Shown here: positions 1-5,368 of the stretch, piece after piece
How positions within the stretch are numbered: the first letter of the stretch is position 1
Layout: each line of letters opens with the position of its first letter
Assembly: GCA_040222015.1 (NCBI GenBank)
Contig: JAVJWO010000128.1
Span: 1 to 16,130, forward strand
DNA length: 16,130 nucleotides
DNA from: Coleofasciculus chthonoplastes F2-STO-03
GTDB taxonomy: Bacteria > Cyanobacteriota > Cyanobacteriia > Cyanobacteriales > Coleofasciculaceae
Direction of reading: 5' to 3'
Position numbers and translations under genes: made by a program
Notes under the pieces: model-generated
Databases searched by the model: none
What the model was told of the DNA's origin: nothing
What the model saw: only the letters and a program-made list of their open reading frames with translations

Positions 1-775
1 GCCTACTTCCTGGAAAATAGGTAAGGCTTGGTTATAGTAGTCTAATGCCTGTTGGGGTTGTCCAATAGTATCGTAGACTGAACCAATATTATTGAGAGTA
101 GTGGCAACACCTGAGCGATTGCCCACTTCTCGGAGAATCGGTAAAGCTTGGTTATAGTAATCTAATGCCTGTTGGGGTTGTCCGATGTCATTGTAGACTC
201 CACCAATATTATTGAGAATAGCAGCTTCGCCAGAGCGATTGCCTACTTCCTGGAAAATAGGTAAGGCTTGGTTATAGTAGTCTAATGCCTGTTGGGGTTG
301 TCCAATAGTATCGTAGACTGAACCAATATTATTGAGAGTAGTGGCAACACCTGAGCGATCGCCCACTTCCTGGAAAATAGGTAAGGCTTGGTTATAGTAA
401 TCTAATGCCTTCTGCGGTTGTCCGATGTCATTGTAGACTCCACCAATATTATTGAGAGTATTGGCAACACCTGAGCGATTGCCCACTTCCTGGAAAATAG
501 GTAAGGCTTGGTTATAGTAATCTAATGCCTTCTGCGGTTGTCCAATGTCATTGTAGACTTCACCAATGTTATTGAGAATAGCAGCTTCGCCAGAGCGATT
601 GCCTACTTCCTGGAAAATAGGTAAGGCTTGGTTATAGTAGTCTAATGCCTTCTGCGGTTGTCCGATAGCATCGTAGACTCCACCAATATTATTGAGAGTA
701 GTGGAAACACCTGAGAGATCGCCCACTTCCTGGAAAATAGGTAAGGCTTGATTATAGTAGTCTAGGGCTTGCTGG
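1..775 (-). repeat. Intragenic 120-bp tandem repeat (six full units plus a partial one) encoding 40-aa TPR units
   Basis: Units 1-120, 121-240, 241-360, 361-480, 481-600 and 601-720 align without gaps; 1-120 and 241-360 differ at one base. Confidence 0.97.
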
Positions 776-1056
776 TACTGATCAAGCCGATAATAATTAA
801 AACCAATCCCAAGCATTGCAAATGCTTCCTGCTCTCTATCGTTCAGTTGTCTTGCTAAGTCTAAAGCTTGCTGCCAGGTTTCTATTGCTTGTCGATATTG
901 CCCAATTTGTGTTTGCTGCAAAGCTTGGTTTAAAAGCACCTCCAATTCTGCCTGTAAATCCTGTGTTTGAGCCCAACTCTGTTGAACCATTAACGGCACA
1001 GTTACAGGAACCAAACCAATACTGACAACTAAAAAAACCGAGATGACTTGCCGCAT
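1..1056 (-). CDS. Exported tetratricopeptide-repeat protein, 5' part only (runs off the left edge); may be a TPR-CHAT protein, but the C-terminus is not visible
   Basis: Translated by hand: ATG at 1056, open for 352 codons to base 1. MRQVISVFLVVSIGLVPVTVPLMVQQSWAQ (signal-peptide-like), then QALQQTQIGQYRQAIETWQQALDLARQL, then 40-aa repeats such as NRSGVATTLNNIGSVYDTIGQPQQALDYYNQALPIFQEVG. GAGGG/AGGTG SD-like sequence upstream. Not in the ORF track because no stop lies in the window. Confidence 0.92.
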   Translation of the reverse strand, partial: MRQVISVFLVVSIGLVPVTVPLMVQQSWAQTQDLQAELEVLLNQALQQTQIGQYRQAIETWQQALDLARQLNDREQEAFAMLGIGFNYYRLDQYQQALDYYNQALPIFQEVGDLSGVSTTLNNIGGVYDAIGQPQKALDYYNQALPIFQEVGNRSGEAAILNNIGEVYNDIGQPQKALDYYNQALPIFQEVGNRSGVANTLNNIGGVYNDIGQPQKALDYYNQALPIFQEVGDRSGVATTLNNIGSVYDTIGQPQQALDYYNQALPIFQEVGNRSGEAAILNNIGGVYNDIGQPQQALDYYNQALPILREVGNRSGVATTLNNIGSVYDTIGQPQQALDYYNQALPIFQEVG

Positions 1057-1076
1057 AGCACCTAACCCTCTATACA

Positions 1077-1646
1077 CTAACGGTCAATTGGTGTTGCCTT
1101 TATCGTCATCGTTTGCCCCGACGAGTCAAATTCAATCGCATCCACGATATAGACACTATCTCTAGAAATTGAGAGAATATCTTGTAAATCCTCACGGCTT
1201 AAAACAGTCTCTAACCTGAGACTAGCCGTTTCCCCGTTTTGCAGTTGAAACGCGGCAATTGGTACTCCGCGCCAAACTTGCTGTCCCCTTGTCGAGGCAT
1301 TTTCTCCTCTAATCTTCCTCTCCCTTCGCCCCCATCGATCGCGAATCCACACCTCATCCTGAAATTCTATTCGGTTCACTTCATCCAGAGGTAAGGTTTG
1401 CGAGAAATTATTCAGAGAAATCGTTAACCCCTGTTCACTCAACGCCGTCAATTGACCACTGATTGAACCCCCAGGTTTTTGCCACACTAAGGCAGAATCG
1501 GGTAGCGCCACGGGTAACGGTTGGGCTTGCTGGTTAGCGGCTTGAGCAATCTCTCTGGGTTTGCTCATCGTAGTTTCAGCATACCCGATGACTCCAGGAC
1601 TTGAAACCAGTAGAGTCAAGGTAATGATGTTCAGTGCTGTTTTCAT
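1077..1646 (-). CDS. Hypothetical exported protein, 189 aa, beta-rich
   Basis: ATG with AGGAG at 1660-1664; N-terminal signal-peptide-like MKTALNIITLTLLVSSPGVIGYA; stop lies 20 bp upstream of the TPR gene start, consistent with an operon. Confidence 0.8.
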   Translation of the reverse strand: MKTALNIITLTLLVSSPGVIGYAETTMSKPREIAQAANQQAQPLPVALPDSALVWQKPGGSISGQLTALSEQGLTISLNNFSQTLPLDEVNRIEFQDEVWIRDRWGRRERKIRGENASTRGQQVWRGVPIAAFQLQNGETASLRLETVLSREDLQDILSISRDSVYIVDAIEFDSSGQTMTIKATPIDR

Positions 1647-1709
1647 CGCTTTGGTGATACTCCTAAAACCCCGTAATATGATTGAAATGAATAGCGCTGT
1701 GAAAAGTCC

Positions 1710-2588
1710 GTGGTTTCCACTCCTCCTGATCCTAACGAACCCAACCTATTAGGCAAAGTTACCAGTCTCGTCGTTTTACTCGGTGCGGGGTTGTACTTTA
1801 CCGGTTGGATATACCGTTGGGCTTATTTTAGCTTTTTCAATATTGAGGTTTCCACCCTCAACTTACCCCTTGAATCCTTCTATATCGCTGCATTCCAAGC
1901 CCTGTTTGGTTCTCCCTTCGCCATTATCCGAACCGCGATCGCGCTTATTCTCACTGCTACGGCGATTCACCTCACCCTCTGGCTGATTCAAAATCCGGTG
2001 ATGGCGAGTCTCACCACACTAACCAAAAGAGTGCGATCGCCTCTCCTCAATTACGCCAGACAACACCGCCATGCATGGCTATCCCAAGGGATACAATCCT
2101 TGGTTAACTTTAGTTCAACTCAGTTTAATTCCCTGCAATTTTTAGGCTCGCTTACCGTCGAAATTGTGATTGTTTTATGGGCATTAACGGCACTATTTTG
2201 GTTAGCCCAATGGCAAGCCGATACCGATGCTTGGTTAGATGCGGTTAACGAAACCTCAACCCTACCGATTATCACCGTTGTTGCCCCAGACAACACCGTT
2301 TCTCTGGGACGCAAACTGGACAATCCCTTGGTCAATCCTTCCGGTTTCCGGATTATCGGCGACCAAGATTTATATCAACGACTTCTGGGTAAAGAACTCA
2401 CTGATACCAGTGATCCAGAAACCCCAAGAGTCTGGCGCTTACTCACTGATCGCGACGGTTATTTTTACATTTTTCCAGCTTTACCCGATAAACGCGATCG
2501 CACGTTGAGTCCACCTGTTGTGATGATGTATGAAAGTGATGGAGGCGATCAACTAATGATCCTTAGTCCTCCAACCTCCCGGAATTAA
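1710..2588 (+). CDS. Hypothetical integral membrane protein, 292 aa (about 3 TM helices plus a C-terminal soluble domain)
   Basis: Long ORF with GTG start; hydrophobic segments VTSLVVLLGAGLYFTGWIY, IIRTAIALILTATAIHLTLWLI and LTVEIVIVLWALTALFWLAQW; contains three HIP1 sites. Confidence 0.8.
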   Translation: MVSTPPDPNEPNLLGKVTSLVVLLGAGLYFTGWIYRWAYFSFFNIEVSTLNLPLESFYIAAFQALFGSPFAIIRTAIALILTATAIHLTLWLIQNPVMASLTTLTKRVRSPLLNYARQHRHAWLSQGIQSLVNFSSTQFNSLQFLGSLTVEIVIVLWALTALFWLAQWQADTDAWLDAVNETSTLPIITVVAPDNTVSLGRKLDNPLVNPSGFRIIGDQDLYQRLLGKELTDTSDPETPRVWRLLTDRDGYFYIFPALPDKRDRTLSPPVVMMYESDGGDQLMILSPPTSRN

Positions 2589-2618
2589 TTTGTTTGTCCA
2601 AAGTCCAAAAAGTTAGAT

Positions 2619-2681
2619 GTAGGGGCGGGTTTAGGGAATCAATCCAGCTAGTCACCGATAATGGAACAACAAAACCCGCCC
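2619..2681 (+). repeat. GTAG-type REP-like long-loop palindrome
   Basis: GTAG followed by arm GGGCGGGTTT (2623-2632), a 39-nt loop and arm AAACCCGCCC (2672-2681). Confidence 0.85.
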
Positions 2682-2723
2682 ATTCCCCCATCGCCAGACA
2701 ATCAATTAATTAATTGCAAATTG

Positions 2724-3187
2724 GACAACAAAACCCACCGGATTGTTAACCGCGATCGCACCTTTAAAATGTCGGGGTGAAAGGGTTGAGTCGGGCGGGT
2801 TTTGTCCAAAGATGATGGGTGACTCCATTAATTTTGTCCCTAAACCCGCCCCTACATTGGATTTTCTGTCCCGATATCAGATTTTTAGATTAACCTGAAA
2901 CCTGATCACAAAGCTCACCTGATTGTTAACCGCGATCGCACTTAAAAATGTCGCGGTGAAAGGGTGGATCAGGGCGGGTTTTGTAGAAAGATAATGGGTG
3001 ACTCCATTAATTTTATCCCTAAACCCGCCCCTACATTGGATTTTCTGTCCCGATATCAGATTTTTAGATTAACCTGAAACCCGATAACAAAACCCACCGG
3101 ATTGTTAACCGCGATCGCACCTTTAAAATGTCGGGGTGAAAGGGTGGAGTCGGGCGGGTTTTGTAGCAAGATGATGGGTGACTCCAT
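2724..3187 (-). repeat. 179/180-bp tandem repeat (about 2.6 units); each full unit has one HIP1 site and one long-loop GTAG palindrome (BIME-like)
   Basis: Units start near 2724, 2904 and 3083; HIP1 at 2752, 2932 and 3111; GGGCGGGTTT-N39-AAACCCGCCC-CTAC at 2793-2855 and 2972-3034; the third copy starts at 3152 and breaks off at about 3187. Confidence 0.93.
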
Positions 3188-3202
3188 GTTTATTGACCAG
3201 TC

Positions 3203-3330
3203 TAAGCTGTTCGGCATTTAAACCGTAATGTCAATAAGGGCGCAATCCTTGTAGTGCGTTAAGCGAAGCCATGCCGCAGGCTTTGCATCTTGCTCGCTAC
3301 TAATACCCAATTTAAATGCATGACAGCTTA
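3203..3330. mobile_element. MITE-like element with 20-bp imperfect terminal inverted repeats
   Basis: Left end TAAGCTGTTCGGCATTTAAA (3203-3222); reverse complement of right end TAAGCTGTCATGCATTTAAA (3311-3330); 17/20 match, TA at both extremities, no ORF in the supplied track. Confidence 0.65.
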
Positions 3331-3334
3331 ATCT

Positions 3335-3361
3335 AAAAGCGCTAAAGCGCAAACAAACTAC
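3335..3361 (-). repeat. Short GTAG-led palindrome just after the bicA stop; possible terminator or mRNA 3' stabiliser
   Basis: Minus strand reads GTAGTTTGTTT-GCGC-TTTA-GCGC-TTTT, starting 6 nt after the stop codon; the stem is short. Confidence 0.35.
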
Positions 3362-3367
3362 AAACTC

Positions 3368-5077
3368 TTAAGCCTGAGAACTGGTGAACTGGTCTCCCTT
3401 TTCCTCATAGCTGAAGCCTTGCTTTTCACGCACCATTGCTAAACCTTCTTGCAGTGCTGTCAGGCGATCGCCCATCCAGTGATGTCCGGGAATTAAACCA
3501 GCAATGCCTAACTTTTCTAACCGACTCTTTATCTTCCCAGTTGCACCAACAACAATCACCTCTCGTCCTTCATCAATCGCCTCTTTAATCGCATTTTCGA
3601 TCGCCAAGGAAGACGTTACGCCCAGGATAGGAACTTCACCTAAATCGACAATCAAAACATCATAATTAGCAATAGCGTTGTGTTCTCTGGAAATCGCTTT
3701 GGCGACACCAAAAATCATCGGTCCACTCAGGTGGAACAGTAAAACTCGCCCATTCGCCACATCTAAAATGTGCTTTTCCTCATCAGTGAGAACAATCTGA
3801 TCATCCGCATCAGTAATCGCTTTAACTGCATTTGATTGTAATTTTGATAGGTTTTCGATGGTTAATATATTCGCGATAAATACGCCAACGGCTACAGCGA
3901 TCATTAAATCCACAAACACTGTTAGCAGTACCACACCATAGACAATCCCCGCTGCTTTCCAAGAGATTTTGTGAACCCGCTTGAGAAACCCCCAATCAAT
4001 AATATTAATCCCAACTTTTAAAACAATTCCCGCTAAGACAGCCAGGGGAATTGTAGAGGTTAAAGGAGCCGCCCACAACACCACAATGAATAGCACTAAA
4101 GCACGGCAAATACCAGATAACGCCGTGCGTCCACCCGCTTGGATATTCACCACCGTCGCTGTTGTTGCTCCAGAACCCGCGATTCCACCACATAAACCTG
4201 TCACTAAATTAGCAACACCTTGACCGACTAATTCTTTGTTCGATTTGCAGTCTTGTCGAGTTAGACTTTCCGACACGAGACAGGTTAATAGGCAATCAAT
4301 AGAACCTACCGTCGCCAACACAATTGCATTAACGAACATTAACCGCGCATTTCCGGGTGTAAAAGCAGGCATTTGTAGCTCAGGTAAACCCGGTGCAATT
4401 TCTCCAATCGTGCCGATTGTGCGAATCTCAACACCACTAAAGAAAATCAGCGAAATGGCTGTCCCAATCACTAAAGCCACCAATTGGGGTGGCATCACTT
4501 TTTTAAATTGGGGCGGGTACAAGAACAGAATCGCTAAGGTGATGGCTCCTAAAATCGTTTCCCAAGGATCGATATTCGTGATTAAAGTAGGCAGATTTTG
4601 GATTACACCCAAGACACCCCCAGGCGGAGTTTCTTGTCCTAAAAAAGGAGCCAGTTGCAGAAAAATCAGAATCACGCCAATTCCGGTCATAAATCCGGAA
4701 ATGACGTTATAGGGCAACATGGTAATATATCGCCCCAATCGTAATACCCCAAAGATAATTTGAAAGACTCCTGCCATCATCACCACAGTAAATGCCAGGG
4801 CGAGATAATTGTCCGGATTATTCGCTTGAAGTCCAGCAATGACAGCAGTTAAAATCACCGTCATTGGACCAGTTGGCTCAGAAATTAGACTCGGTGTACC
4901 CCCAAATAAAGCGGCAAAAAATCCAACTAAGATTGCCCCCCATAAACCCGCCGCAGCACCCGCGCCCGAAGCGATTCCGAAGGCTAGTGCCATGGGTAAG
5001 GCAACAACAGCCGCCGTCAACCCGCCAAAAATATCTCCTTTTAGGTTACGAAAGTGGATTTGATTGGTTATTTGCAT
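3368..5077 (-). CDS. bicA: SulP/SLC26 anion transporter, BicA-type bicarbonate transporter with C-terminal STAS domain
   Basis: N-terminus MQITNQIHFRNLKGDIFGGLTAAVVALPMALAFG; motifs LFGGTPSLISEPTGPMTV and NKELVGQG; STAS segment LLFHLSGPMIFGVAKAISREH...VDLGEVP. Closely resembles cyanobacterial BicA as I recall it. Confidence 0.88.
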   Translation of the reverse strand: MQITNQIHFRNLKGDIFGGLTAAVVALPMALAFGIASGAGAAAGLWGAILVGFFAALFGGTPSLISEPTGPMTVILTAVIAGLQANNPDNYLALAFTVVMMAGVFQIIFGVLRLGRYITMLPYNVISGFMTGIGVILIFLQLAPFLGQETPPGGVLGVIQNLPTLITNIDPWETILGAITLAILFLYPPQFKKVMPPQLVALVIGTAISLIFFSGVEIRTIGTIGEIAPGLPELQMPAFTPGNARLMFVNAIVLATVGSIDCLLTCLVSESLTRQDCKSNKELVGQGVANLVTGLCGGIAGSGATTATVVNIQAGGRTALSGICRALVLFIVVLWAAPLTSTIPLAVLAGIVLKVGINIIDWGFLKRVHKISWKAAGIVYGVVLLTVFVDLMIAVAVGVFIANILTIENLSKLQSNAVKAITDADDQIVLTDEEKHILDVANGRVLLFHLSGPMIFGVAKAISREHNAIANYDVLIVDLGEVPILGVTSSLAIENAIKEAIDEGREVIVVGATGKIKSRLEKLGIAGLIPGHHWMGDRLTALQEGLAMVREKQGFSYEEKGDQFTSSQA

Positions 5078-5166
5078 GAAATATTTTTCTCGATTAACAA
5101 ATCAGAAATCAAAGTTACCAGAAGTAATAAGTTATAATTCAAAAATTACCGTTGAACCAGCATCTT

Positions 5167-5192
5167 TAGGGACACGACATATCGTATCCCTA
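5167..5192 (-). repeat. REP-like hairpin in the presumed bicA leader
   Basis: TAGGGACACGA-CATA-TCGTATCCCTA; 11-bp stem whose one mismatch is a G-U pair on the minus-strand RNA. Confidence 0.6.
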
Positions 5193-5267
5193 GCCTAAGC
5201 ATGGTTGGTGCATAAGTCCTAATTTATTGCTGATGAATACCCACAAGGAAACTTATGATTTCCATAG

Positions 5268-5296
5268 AGTATACCATAGTATTGCAATAAAACTAT
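5268..5296 (-). promoter_or_regulatory. Putative bicA promoter (extended -10) with a candidate CcmR/NdhR-type LysR site
   Basis: Minus strand TGGTATACT (TGn-TATACT, 5276-5268); immediately upstream is ATAG-TTTTATTG-CAAT (5296-5281), a 7/8 match to the ATAG-N8-CTAT motif. Confidence 0.4.
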
Positions 5297-5318
5297 AGGT
5301 TTTCTCAGAAAGCGCTGA

Positions 5319-5344
5319 AGGGGCACAACAAGTCGTACCCCTAC
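5319..5344 (-). repeat. GTAG-type REP hairpin downstream of gghA
   Basis: Minus strand GTAGGGGTACGAC-TT-GTTGTGCCCCT; fully paired when two G-U pairs are allowed; 24 nt after the gghA stop. Confidence 0.7.
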
Positions 5345-5368
5345 GATAAATATGTCCAAAACCTGAGA

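Noticed and set aside
1..775. CRISPR or DGR template/variable repeats
   Set aside because: The repeats are in-frame coding TPR units, differences do not look adenine-specific, and no reverse transcriptase is in view.
900..960. Possible frameshift between the signal peptide and TPR region
   Set aside because: Careful translation shows a continuous frame (ELEVLLNQALQQTQIG).
816..2508. Short ORFs 816-1025, 1561-1752, 1783-1986, 2120-2335 and 2239-2508
   Set aside because: Antisense or out-of-frame shadows of better-supported genes, with no recognisable motifs.
2724..3187. CRISPR array
   Set aside because: Units are about 180 bp and similar along their whole length, with no unique spacers and no cas genes in the window.
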